DNA of 63,988 bases, counting the filler, from Asterionella formosa (taxonomy: Eukaryota): assembly GCA_002256025.1 (NCBI GenBank). It is 19 parts of 19 records of this genome, joined end to end, with 100 filler letters (N's around TTAATTAATTAA, not from the genome) between each part and the next. Parts side by side here need not be neighbours in the genome. Positions count along the whole stretch, not along the records: positions 50,756 to 54,034 come from NKIB01014297.1; positions 54,135 to 57,412 come from NKIB01014298.1; positions 57,513 to 60,788 come from NKIB01014300.1; positions 60,889 to 63,988 come from NKIB01014464.1; 15 more parts are not named here. One strand, 5' to 3'. The first letter of the stretch is position 1. Every line of letters starts with the position of its first letter. The position numbers and the translations under genes were made by a program. The notes under the pieces are model-generated. The model worked only from the letters and a program-made list of their open reading frames with translations, was not told where the DNA came from and searched no databases. Shown one piece after another: positions 50,987-63,988 of the stretch.

Positions 50987-53399
50987 TCACAAAATATACC
51001 TACTAGTACATACCGTTTGTACACTGGTGAGACATGTATCATCGTGGTACCAGCTGCAATTACCAGTATATCGCTCTCGGTGTGAGTGATATGCTGATGA
51101 TGTGATGCTCGATTTCGACATCAAGCATTACATCCAAGCTGATTCTGGATTCCTTTTCTCCATATACTCGTGTGTAGAATTTGTCTTATGTAGATGGCTG
51201 GTACAAACGGAACACATCGACCTAAGTGTCAGGTAAAATGGTTGTGCAACTCATCAAATGCAGATTTAATATATACGGCACTACCGGTATAGCATATATA
51301 CATACTGGTGTGTAGTTGGATGACAAAGACAGCAGCATCGCTCAAATTGCGGGAAAAACTGACTAATTCCCAAATAGAAATAATAATATTTCATTTGTAA
51401 GAGTAGTCTAATAGAAATATTTTACTTTTTTGAAAATGGTTTTGTCATCCTACGTCACAGTAGATGGGTGGTTGACAACATTTAGGATTTCCCAAAAACT
51501 GGTAGCATCGTTTTTGCGTCAGTCTGACCAAAACCAAAACCAAAACCAATCCAAAAATAAGTTTTTGGGTTTTGGTTTGGCTCAACGTTTAGCAACGGCC
51601 TAACTAATAAGCTCATGTATTCAACAAATAATAATAGTACTTCTAGTTAGATACATCACCTGATACTACCAGGTACCGCTCAATCCTGAGTCTGTGTACT
51701 GCTCCTGCTAGTATTAGAAGTGTTACCATTACATGCAGGGTACCGGAATACCATATTGGAAAAGGAAGATACACAGCACCTTGATATCTTCAGGTATAGG
51801 GAAGACCTCATGGACTAGAAGTGGTTATAGTGTGGAGGTTGTTTCATTAGCTTTATCCAGTACTTATATTATGTAATGAATCCCTTGAATGACCTAATAC
51901 CAGTAACTTTTGTTTGCTCCTTACTGTCTTTTAGCACTTCAAAAACTACAGCAGTACAATTGACATACTGAGCTACCTTGACTTTGTGATGTACGATTCT
52001 CCTGGAAAGATATCCAACTCTGCATTTCTGACAAAAAAGCTCTGATAAACGAACCTGGTGATATGGCATTAAAAATTATACAAGCATCTTTTTTCTGATA
52101 AACAGACCTGGAAAAGAGGCAAATTTGAGATTTAAAACCTCAATTTTGCTGTTAAACCATGATGTGCTATTTGCGTAGCCAATCTTAATTTTGGTTGAGG
52201 GTGGCTAGCTATCTGTGCTGTTTCCTGGTGGGCTGGTGTGTGCAGTGATTGTGATAACTGAAATGGGTGATAAATAAAATTTATGTGTTATGATATTTAG
52301 CATCGTCACCAGATTTCACATCAACAAGCCACTCTTCCTTCGAAACATCATGGTGGTTATAGCATGGAACAGCAGTCCTCCTCTCTCTGCTGGCAGCAAA
52401 CAAAAATTATCGTCCCTCATGACTAGTGGATCACAAAGCTCAAGGCTTTCATACAACAAAGCAACTCCTGGAGTCACAGTGAACACTGATGAACCTATTG
52501 CAAGCAAGGCGCCTACTCCTTCCCTTGCACATTGAAGATAATCAGATTTTACATGGATCTGGTGCTTCCGCAACAGATACAGAAAGTATGAATTCCCACC
52601 TCCTGCATTACCGGAAACGCTCCCATTAGACTTCCATTAAAGGATATCTCATATGAATGGCCTCTACCAAACAACATGCAGATGTTGTAAGTTGCCAAAA
52701 TCCGAAACTTGGTAGCAGAGGAAGCATGAATCATGGTCAAGTCTCTATGGTTTAATGCTTTAAATTAGCGAGGCCACCACATGAAGAAAGTATCATATCA
52801 AGTTCTGGTTTGAAAGTTTCAATTTAAAAAAGGTTGGTTATATGGTTTCCTTTGCGATGCATGCAAGACCAGGGAAAATGAATGGCATTTGCCCTATTTT
52901 GCTTTCTTATAATTGGAACTACACTACCGTCTGCAAATAGAAAACATCTTATTTGTGTGATGCATCTTATAATGACAATCATATGATCAAATAATTTCAG
53001 TATATCATGTATGAGTAATATGTAGTATTGTTTAGTAATGTTAACTTGACAGGCCATATGTTTGACCATTGTGTCACTATCCCATGCGTGGAAGGCTGAA
53101 TTAATATTGTATGTGCCCTTCCATTATCACTTAGTGTAAAATTATCGCATACAAATTGACGCTTAACCTGTTTGTTTCTGGATGCATCACACAACTGCAT
53201 TCAGCAATGCAAGCAAAGACAATCTTTTGTCAAAAATTGACACTAGTCACGCTTGGTTTCCTGATGCATCACATGATTATCTTCAACTTCAACTATATAG
53301 ACGATTTTGTGTGAGAAAATTGAGCCCAGTCAAGCGTGTTCTCTTGACATTTTCACGATTGCCTTCAGTGATGCAAAGACCATGTTGTATTTTGGTAGA

Positions 53400-53765
53400 A
53401 CTCATGCTTGAGGATTTACTTGAGGATGTGCTAGGATGTGCTTGAGTTGATCTTTGAATGATTGTTGACTTCTGAAGTAAGTCAAAACTAAGCGAATCAT
53501 TTGTTTTGTGTTCTTCTCATTGTTCCATTCAAACTCTTGCTGCCACACATTGGGCATAAAGTAAATGACAATCAACCTCAAATCGTCCTTGGCCAAGACC
53601 TCCTGATCTTCTGGATGAATCATCATGAGTTTGAGAAGCTTATTTAAAGTCTTGAGACAGGCAGCGAAGTCTCTCATCAGCATGTTGAAATATTTTATCG
53701 AGTATCATCATTACCATCCCCTGATACTGACTCTCAAAGATTTCATTAGTAAGATATAATACCCG
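53400..53765 (-). mobile_element. Retrotransposon gag-like remnant (diatom gypsy type)
   Basis: MRDFAACLKTLNKLL...LAKDDLRLIVIYFMPNVWQQEF resembles the RL..LN / MP..WQ pattern of this gag type. Confidence 0.5.
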
Positions 53766-54649
53766 TATATACCCTAGTAACTGGTACCAGGTACCATACT
53801 CTGTACTGTACTTCGGAATACAGTACCAGGTATGTAACAAAACTAAGTACTGCATACATATTTAGCCTATTTTGACTCCCGCCCGGTATGCGAGATCGCT
53901 CATCTGTCGTCATCAACAATCAGATTTCGTCTATGTGACAAATGAAGACTTCATATACTGCCCATGATATGCATTATGTAGTTTTACTTGACGACCGGGA
54001 ATTGAAAATCCAGCTGGGCGGTTTGTTCTTTTGTNNNNNNNNNNNNNNNNNNNNNNNNNNNNNNNNNNNNNNNNNNNNTTAATTAATTAANNNNNNNNNN
54101 NNNNNNNNNNNNNNNNNNNNNNNNNNNNNNNNNNCAAAGGCACTCTGAGGATACCACGGGTACCAATTTTTCCAGCGGCAAACTGCAATGATGAAGGACA
54201 CTTGTCCCTTTATTGATGGGGATAACACGGAAAACGACTTTTCCAGGAGCAAACAACGATGAAGAGACCCACTTGTCGCTCTATTGATGGTAACAAAGGC
54301 AGATGCGGACAAGTTCAACAGTGAATACAAGAACAACATACCAATGAAAACAAGTCGGCAGTGTGTGTACACACACGCCAAGCAGGTTTGAGGCAACGGA
54401 CAGTTCCAACAAGCAAATGACGATACGGATATCAAATATTTCCTATGAGCAAACAAAAATGAAAAGAACCACTTGCTTTCGCTCTCTTGATGGTATCAAC
54501 AATGCGGACAAGTTCAATAGTAAATACAAGTACAGCATGCCAAATGCAGAAACGAGTGACATGAAAAAGAAATTGTAATCAGAATCATTCTATAACTATA
54601 GCTATGTGGACAGTAGCCTGTTACATTTTCGTATCTCCTTCTTGGGTTG

Positions 54650-54995
54650 TGTTAAATTTTACAACATAGAACCAGCAGTACAACAGGCCAGTGCACATCA
54701 AGCCATAATTTGGATCGAAGTGCTTTATCCTACCGGTAGGTGGTAAATGGCATGGTACCAGGTACAACAGGTGAGAGGGTCTATCTTGAGAGACCACATA
54801 TTTACCACAGCCAAGTCCTTGTCTTTTGCTTGGTGACGCTGGCTGGTTCCAACCGGTAGTTGACAATCGCCCATTCACATATACATAAACACAGATTCCA
54901 TCAGGACAACTGCTACATATATAAAATGCCACAAGAAAACAGCTACCAGAAAAAACGGCCGTTTGTCTCGTATTCCCCTCAAATGATCAAACTTC
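54650..54995 (+). repeat. Dispersed repeat, direct copy at 63430-63838
   Basis: Shared CAAGCCATAATTTGGATCGAAGTGC, CCACAGCCAAGTCCTTG and CAGCTACCAGAAAAAAACGGCCGTT. Confidence 0.85.
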
Positions 54996-56659
54996 TTATT
55001 CACACCCTGAATTTTAGGTCAATCTGACACCTAAAAATGGTCGGTACAAAATTTACACACGAGAATAACTTCTACCTCGGGCGGACCACACCCATCCATA
55101 TCTAATACAGATAGTACTGATAATACGTTCCAGGGGGACAAAAATTATTGTCACTATGTATGATGCACATAGTCAATTATGACTCACCATCACTTCATTT
55201 CAACCTCAACCAAATAATAGAATGAAGATGAAATGATTCATGAATCCTTAATAGCTAGCTATTAGTAGTGTCAGTACTACTTGTTCTGTTGAAAATTGTT
55301 GACAACATTCAACAACGGCAGCATGATTCTTCGGTTGGCTGCTTGAACCAAATTAATTCCCTTGTTCATTTCAATAACTACTAGCAGTAATTCATTAGCA
55401 TCAAAATTTCAAAATAAAAAGTTTTGATGTTAACATTGTAGTATTTAGTAGTAGATTTATCCATACTGGTGCTAGCTAGTTTGAATAATCTTGCACACTG
55501 TGAGATTAGCTTCATGCACTCCTTGCTTGTATCGCTCATGAAGCCTCAATGATAGTAGGCTTATGGAGCAAGTTCAATCATCTCTTAAATCTATCAAAGA
55601 ATCATGTTATTTGTGTGAATTTTTAACTACCGGACCTGCTTTTTAAGCTTACAACAAATGGTGGTCCCTCAGTGACAAATTTGCATGAAATGGTGATAGA
55701 GAATCCGGAAAACTTGATTCAATTCAACAATCAAAAATGCGCCAGAGTTTAAAAACTTGGTTGGTAGTGAATAGACAAACACATTTGAAGGGCTTTTCTA
55801 GTAATGAGAATTTTGATTGTTCCATTATATAATGAATTTACGCTTATTGAATTCAACTCTCTTTCTGTCTGTGGCACTTGGACCGGATCTCTCTGCTGAA
55901 TGTGCAATTCTGTTGGGTCCCCTAGTGCTCCGGGAGGCGCCGCTTCTATCTCCATATCGACATCCTGTGTTTTGCCTTCTGTTTTTTCTCTTCTGACCTT
56001 GATAATCAACATGAACGCTAGATCCACTGTTATTTCTTGTTGTATTATCGCTTTCTTTCTTGTCCTTGTAATTGCGCGCTGTTTCCCTAGGCATGGATGG
56101 TAAACAGAATAAATCAGACAACCACATAATCAAACGAACATTTTCACGGCTGTTATGATATTTAGTCATCACCATTCTATTTTAAAATCACATCCACACA
56201 TGCAACAAGCTGTTAGAATAGTGGTCGCATTACCAACATGCAACTATCACAACATACTAAAACCCGAAGTTCACTTTCAATTTTGCTGCGTACTTGCTAG
56301 TATTTCAGAGATTGATGAGACAGTATGGACTTCGGTTGATTCTTGCTGTGATAAGAAATCGTTGCTTCTTAAAAATGAGCACAACCGTAGCTAGCAATGA
56401 CAAAGGTGAGCTGTGGAAAACTTTAGACCGATCGTATGGTCTCGTAATATTTGATATCAAGCATTTCCTTAAGGTTGTGGCCCTGGCTTAACCAATATCG
56501 CTAGGGTTGTATAAACGGCAAGGAACAAGGAGTTTCCTACTATGAATTCCCATTATTCGAGTGTCCATTTGAGTATTTGAATTGAATAGGAATCGGCGCC
56601 TGATTGATAGAGTTCCATTCAAAAAATCAAAAATGATATTTAAACATATATACTTTTTC

Positions 56660-57412
56660 TACGTTGCTGAATGTAGACATAATTTTGCTCAACGCCAAAA
56701 CACATAAATAAATTAGGAGTATGCCAACATGTATGCTTATGGTTTGTGCTTATACATTTATATTGAATCTACGTTGCTGTATGTAGTTTCAATATCACTC
56801 CACGCACAAAGGTATATACCGGAATGTAAATCAGTACCGGAGTCCCAGACTAACAGTATTTCGGTACTCGGAGTATCAGGTAGTACATAATCTTGGTTCA
56901 TCATGAAATAAGACAGGGGGATGAAACTTCCAGTAGTACTGGTACCAGTACTGACTTTACCAAGCAGTATTCAGTGCATCTAATACGTGTGGTTCAAGGG
57001 TGGCTGGCGAGATTTTACAAGACCGGGATACTTCAGCGAATCCGGAGCAGGTGAATAAATTCAATTCAACCAATCAGAATATGTGTAGTGATGCGGGAAC
57101 ATACCCTGGAGTTTTTCCGGACTGAGAATTATTCAGCAAAACATACCTATGCAAGACTCTAAGTATACGAGAACGTTTTTGCACATACAAATTCTGATTC
57201 CAATATTTTGGCGACTGTTGAAAAAACCGGTCGGGTCGACTTTTTGGAGGAGGATTGCTCTACACCTACCCGGTAGCTACGGGGTTTCATGAAGAATGAA
57301 ATAGATAGCCGTGTACCCTCTAACGTCAGGATTTAACTTCTGCAGAGAAGTGGCAGTTATCCCTCGTAGATTTTTTTAAAAGCTTGATGGCCCCCTTTTT
57401 TGACTATTTTTT
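56660..57412 (-). mobile_element. Second copy of the foldback/MITE-like element in contig 1
   Basis: Its reverse complement aligns to ~1870-2560. Confidence 0.7.
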
Positions 57413-57512
57413 NNNNNNNNNNNNNNNNNNNNNNNNNNNNNNNNNNNNNNNNNNNNTTAATTAATTAANNNNNNNNNNNNNNNNNNNNNNNNNNNNNNNN
57501 NNNNNNNNNNNN

Positions 57513-60500
57513 GGTAGGATAATGTCGTGCCAGCTAAAGTAATGTGGTTTGGCTCATCATCCTCTCCAGTCCTCACTCTGATTCTTGCAACAACGACAAA
57601 GCAGCCATGTCGAGAGGAACGAGTAATTGTGATAAAATCATCATTTGTCGTTCATCTTATGTCTTCGATGAATCATCATCTACAGTGTACAGTAGATATC
57701 CATTGAAAACGAAATGGCTCATCACACAAGACGAATATTTCCGGTCTGTCACCGGAGCATCGATCAGTGTTACAACCTCAATCATAGATAAACAACATCC
57801 ATTACAGAACAGCATAATCTACTTCTATGTTACATTGTCTCTCTAACAAGAACATAATAAATTTAGAATTGAAACGCAGCATAGCAGGCGATATACACAA
57901 AGAAGCAAGAGACTATTATGTATAGTAACAGAGTGACTCTGGTTTCGTAATTATCATGTCTCATTAGATTTCCTTTGTCATCGTACTAGTTCCTTACCTT
58001 TGACGACAGGAGCGTATTCTTTGATGTATCTGGAATGGTTCAATGGATGGCAGGCAGCAGTTGGGTTAAGACACAAACGTCGACAAAAGCACTAGAACTT
58101 TGTAGATGTTCATGAAAAGCTAGACACTTTGGCCTATCGAACACCAGCCAGTCTATACTGCAAAAATGCAAGAAGCACAAGTTGAATGCCCATTTATGGA
58201 TTCAAGTTTCAGTAGTGCAACAATGTAAAATATTAGAAACAGGAAGGAGCATTTCATCTAATTACGGTTTTCAATTTTACTGTTATTGATTGAGAGGAAG
58301 CAATGGTAGAGTGGCTGCCAAACGGGCGGTGGCAAACACAGAGAAGACCCTTCTTGGATGTCACTTGCTACAGAAAATGGAGAACAGCCGCCACTTTCTG
58401 TTGATTGTTTCTGTATGCTACCGACCAAAACCTCCAGAATTCTCCTCCATGAGTTGCTTGTTTCTTGACTTTAATGCCAAAGGGATCAAAACCAGTGGAA
58501 AAAGCTTAAGGGAACAACTTAAAATTCTCTGCAAACATCAGGACAATTGTGAAAGAGAAATGAAGGTTCTTGGGAGGAGAATTAATGGGATAATTGCTGC
58601 TGGTATTGCGGGAACAAGAATGGATTGACCCAAACAATGTTGACAAATAGGTACTTACCGGAAAAGGTAGCAATGCTTTCGGCATCATCAATCTATACAC
58701 GAGCCTGCGCCACCTGATGTAATATAGATACCTCGACTTCATCAATGAAGAAGTCGATGGGCGGAGCATGTGAAGAAAATCGGGGTTGAGGTTTTCTTGA
58801 CGCCAACGTGCTTGGCTGAATTTGTAGATGAAGGCATTGAGTAACCTGGGCCTGTGCATCCAAAGAATAAAGAAAAATCTATGACAAGGGTGGTGAGATA
58901 GTGTTTGGAGCAAAAGTTATCATAGCTGAACGCATTCGAAATTCTTATACACAAGATATGGTGGCATACCATGGCTGCTCTTGGCTGACAGTTGCCAAGT
59001 CAATGTACAAACACAACAAGGGTGCACAAAAGATGGTCCCATTTTAATTGACTGGTTGATACATAGTTTTGAGACTCACCATTCTGCAATGGTGTGGACT
59101 TTGATCATTGCTTTGTTTGAAGCACAATCAATTCGAATGCTGTCCAGTGAAACGATGACAACATTTGTGGCGAAAAATCGCAGAACAGATCAAGAGATTT
59201 CATAGGAATTAAAATAACAGGGCATGTATCATGCACTGATCCTTGTGTATATTTGATCATTTCCGTATTCCATATACAGGTGCATGGATGACTCCTCCCG
59301 CCCTTTCATTAGATATGCAGCCATGTTGCGATAATTCTACAAGACCTATAGGATTGGTAGTCTGGTATTGTATATACCAGTAGGAGTCATATATGTGTAC
59401 ATGCTGCAATAATTCTTACAAGACATAAAAATCTGGTAGCTTGGCTGGGGTAATCACTTCCGTGCTGTATACAGGGGGGAAGGGGTTGCATGCATGAGCA
59501 ACTACTCCGGTATAAACTATGATCTTTAATCAATAAATTTTGATTCGTTCATCCTATACCTTTGATCATAAAATATTGATCACACTTTGCTCCTGAAATG
59601 AAGGATCATCGCACATAATGACGCGGAAAACGAAAGTGATAATACATCACTATGATACTTATGGCTTAGAAGGAGTGACTACAGAGAAGGGCGGAATCAA
59701 TTGATGGTAAGTCAAGAGCAAATGGCTTTCATGTTCCTTGTCATGCATACACTTCCTGAAAGGAAGGATCTCAAGCAACACATGATGCCAAAAACTGAAA
59801 TGAAGATACAACACGATGATACACTGTGCGGCTAAGAAGGAGTGAATTTGATGGGGAAGGGCGGAATCAATGAGCTGTGCATGGTACCACGACGTCAAGA
59901 GCAAATGCCAGGATGATCAATTGTTGGGATTACAAAAAAGGAATGACTTTTTACCTTTCAGTGATTCAATAGCTCCTTTTCGATGTGGCGGCTGGCCAAC
60001 CATCAATGTGGACAAAAGAAATCGGTAAGTGCTATCATCTTTGGATCAATCCACAATTGTTAGAAAAACTGACACATGTGTGTTGCTTCTTTCAGGATAA
60101 TGGTAAGCAAACAGTATTTGTAAGTTACAAACAGCAGCGTTGGAGCCCATTTATTGATCGATACTTTCTTATTCAATCTTCAACTGACACATTCTTTTAC
60201 AGAAATACGCATCAGTTACTTCCTCAATTTGTGGTAAGTGAAGATAGAAGCGAAATGCATGTTGTTGTGTAAGCAAAACATGAACAGCTAACAATGCATT
60301 GCTTCTCTTTGTTAGTATGATGATTCGGACAATGAAACGGATTAAATAGTAATGGGAAAATGCGTGAATGCAAACTCAGATCCATCGGGAGTAAACGGAA
60401 AGCAGGGGAACAAGGGCAAGGCAACCAGTACTACTACAACAACCTTCAGAATTGGATTGGGGGGAAAGTGGAAGTGAAAGCTGAAGCACCAATCATTATG

Positions 60501-60788
60501 ATGCGAGCATTGTAGAACATTCTGTAGCCACTCAAGATAAAGAAACATAGAGCCATTCTTAAATATAGTTCTAAATTTCGATCAATTTCATCCTTTTTTA
60601 GACAGTGATATTGATGAGAATTATGATCATGCTAAGTTAGATGTCTGACAAAAGTATACATATCATAGGACCATGTTTAACTAATAATATGATGCAATGG
60701 TATTATAACTATGATAGTATCATCATACTTCAAGGTCAGTAAAAGTTTACTGCATGATCGTAATTATATGATACATTGATCATATTTT
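57513..60788. repeat. 3.28-kb contig nearly identical to 47377-50655 (allele or paralog)
   Basis: End-to-end collinear with 47377-50655. Confidence 0.95.
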
Positions 60789-63700
60789 NNNNNNNNNNNN
60801 NNNNNNNNNNNNNNNNNNNNNNNNNNNNNNNNTTAATTAATTAANNNNNNNNNNNNNNNNNNNNNNNNNNNNNNNNNNNNNNNNNNNNTCATTGCAACAC
60901 CTTTGATGAAAATCACCTTTGTCCTTTCACTATCAAGCACAAAGTCATCAGGAAGTATGAGGGAGTCAACAAATCGATCGACTTCAGTATCTGTAGCAAG
61001 AGACTGCATTGTATCTTTGTAGGTGGTGGGTCGATCTTGATATACAGTGGTCTCCACATCAACAGTTGTTGTTTGCGTTTGTGTGACTGGTTCCATACTA
61101 TGCGGTTCCATTTGCCTTGCTTGTAGTATCTTCAGGGAGATTCAAATGACTGATCTGTAGTAACAAATACACAAAAACACTCGGGAGTTATAAGATCACC
61201 AAGTATAACTTTCTCTCTGGTGCTGTATAATTGTATCAATGGTGTTGCTTGGACGATGTAAGCAGCCAGCATAAAATTGAAGGAATAGTATATGCCATTT
61301 ATATTATCACTGGTGCCTTGCCTTGCAGGCTTATTTTCGGTTATTTTATTAGTGACAACGGAAATGATACCCGCGTGAAAACGTCAGTATCACTGATACC
61401 GTTTTTGGAGGGGGCAAAAAAAGGTATCAATTTTGTATCAATGAAACAAAATTGATACCATCAAGTTACCGTTGCTGATACCTTGTTTTGACACCAACTG
61501 TCACTTTTTGCCCGCAACCCGGAAATGATACAGCAAATTCGGAATGATAAGAACGACCCTAAGGTAATGTACTGGAACTGTGTTTGGATTAAAAATGGAA
61601 CAGCAATAATTCATTTGGACATTCTAACTGCATAAAATCATACACTATTCCTCTTAACTATTACCAGTGCTCTAGAATCCCATGGATAAATGCTTTTCCT
61701 CCTTGCAAAGGAGGAGTAACACCAGCAATGTCTACAGTCTCCACTGAAGGATGGCGGCATATATAATGCTGATTGTTACCATAATTTACAACCATTTTGT
61801 CTACTACTGCAGAGTATACTCTTGCCATCCAAGGATCGAGAAGCTCATCATCACTGCTCATCCTCAAAACCTGTTAAAAAGGGACAAAATCTCTTGTCTT
61901 GGTGATGGCCTTTAAACAACTAATATTTTCAACAGCTGAATTGAATTGACATAAATACATTCCAAGTGTAACCATTGGATTGGGATAAGCAGGCCTTGAG
62001 AATCTTGACTGGTCACCTTTTAAATATTTATCCCTCAAAAGTGCTTGTTTTTGGTCATCACAACGGCCATTGCAATGGCCATCACTTACCTTCTCTTATC
62101 TTTGTTCCTTAATGTGATCCTGTGGATTGCTTGTTCACTGCTGGTTCAAGAATTGGAACTATGAGATGATGGTTCCTCGAGGGCACTCATTCCAATTTAG
62201 TTTTGAGCGATTTTAACATTGCTTGTCAAGGCAAGGCAAAGCAAAGCAAACATTTTGAAATTACAAAGCAAAATGCACAGGACATTTGGTCTGAGAAGGA
62301 GGAATGAATCATGACAAGTTTGATGAACCTCAAAACTGCCAAGGAAGATAGTTGATGCTAGAATATAATTAATAACATACATTAGTAAGTGGAAAGGATT
62401 AATAAGTTCAATTATATAGCAGCATTATGAATCATATGTGGTTGAGAACAAGTATGTTCATTGCTTTGGTCCATCTTTCTTTGTCTACTTCGCAACAATT
62501 ATATTAAAGTATGTATGGCCGTTGGTTGAGACCAAAATGCAATGCATTCAAGATTTAGTTGCCTTTCTTTTTTCCTTCCTCCAAAGATGTTTACAAACAG
62601 AAATTATAGTGATACATCAAATATGTTGAGCCCACTCAATTTCAGAAATGAATTTGCGTGGGTAAATGTTCCTGTTTCAACAAACAATAAAGGAGGACCC
62701 ACATTCCCCATAACATCAATCTTGTATCCTTGATTGATGCAAGGCATTCTCTTGTCACCACGAAAATCAATCCTCTCAATTCCAAGACTCTCTTATCAAT
62801 TGCATCATTTTAAATTACTTCGAAATGGATCAAATCCTTCTTGTTCTTTTCGTTGAAACCTGTAGATATCTTTCTCCTTTCCTTGTTTTTTGGTTGAAAC
62901 TTGTAGACAGAATTCACCACAGCAAGCTTTTGGCAATTCTGAGAAATCGCCTCTTCATGTTCAGACATGGGCATTGGATTTATGCTGACAGGCAAGGATT
63001 ACCTTCAGTGCCTTGCTTGTTAGTATTGTTACCATTTGTCGTGTTTCTTTCTATTCGTTCTCCCTTGGTCACTGAAAATCAATTGCAAGTTTCCAACAAG
63101 CTCATGGAACATGGAACGAATGGTACTACCTGTCACCAAGAACATCTGAGACTCAATGAGGATGGCATTGCTGGTCGATCATAGTTATAGCAAGGAGTTG
63201 ATGGTGAAGATCAAACAATGACAAACAGAGGTATCATCATGGTGAGTGTAGCAATCAAGTGTGAGGCTGTGGCTCCTCAGTGTATGTGGCATGTATTTGT
63301 CAAGAGATTCATGATGGTTTATTATTAACAAGTGGTATGTTCATTCATATATTTAATGAAGAGGAAATGAACGACATCAACTTGGACGACTCTACTTTTA
63401 TGTATTCAAAACAAATATTAGGTTGTGCTAAAATTTACAAAAGTAGAACCAGCTACTGGTACAATGGGCCGGTTTGTACCTGATGTACTTTGGGGGGGCC
63501 ACCAAGCCATAATTTGGATCGAAGTGCTGTATACTACCGGTAGGTACATGGTATGGTATGGTACCAGGTACCAGGTACAAAAGGGGCCCTATCGTGAGAG
63601 ACCACGTATGTACCACAGCCAAGTCCTTGCCTTTTTGCTTGGTGACGCTGGTTCCTAAGATACCAGTACGATAGTTGACAATTGCCCATTCACACATGAT

Positions 63701-63988
63701 ACTTACGTAATTTGCATCGAAGTGCATAAACACAGATTCCATCAAGACAACTACTACATATGTAAAATGCCACGAGAAAACAGCTACCAGAAAAAAACGG
63801 CCGTTCGTCCGGTATTTCCCTCAAATGATCAAACTTCACTCCAAGTTCAACATAGTAGTACTAGATATACCGTGTTAAATTATGAAATGGGAATGAACGG
63901 AAGTTCAGACTTCGGCTGAAAAACCGGCCTACTGTCCGAACATTTCTACGAAAATCAGCGTAAGTGTCCGGTAGATGTCTGATGATGA

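Overview
This window is eukaryotic, most likely a diatom. It is an artificial concatenation of 19 unrelated contigs of about 3.1-3.3 kb, joined by 100-bp linkers (N44-TTAATTAATTAA-N44), so gene neighbourhoods across linkers mean nothing. The diatom call rests on GT-AG introns, a signal peptide followed by an 'AF' plastid-targeting presequence, diatom-type LRR and GPCR families, and CoDi/GyDi-like retroelements. Recognisable genes: mitochondrial Hsp90 (TRAP1), G-protein beta subunit, a frameshifted CDK10/11-like kinase, a 7TM GPCR-like gene, a 4TM claudin-like gene, an AA15-type LPMO with two hevein-like domains, a large intronless M66 (StcE/TagA/dictomallein-like) metallopeptidase, a GNAT fragment, the C-terminus of a STAND/AAA-TPR-like protein, and several LRR receptor-like genes or fragments. 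About half of the window is decayed transposable elements and dispersed repeats. Most interesting: (1) 72-bp LRR cassettes with a fixed nucleotide framework and variable concave-face codons, placed in rearranged positions and next to interstitial telomeric repeats; (2) pervasive TA-CC(W)GG-TA micro-insertions that look like DNA-transposon excision scars; (3) the bacterial-type M66 peptidase; (4) an ATCAT-rich repeat family flanking decayed unknown ORFs. All family assignments come from motif recognition by eye; no database search was run.
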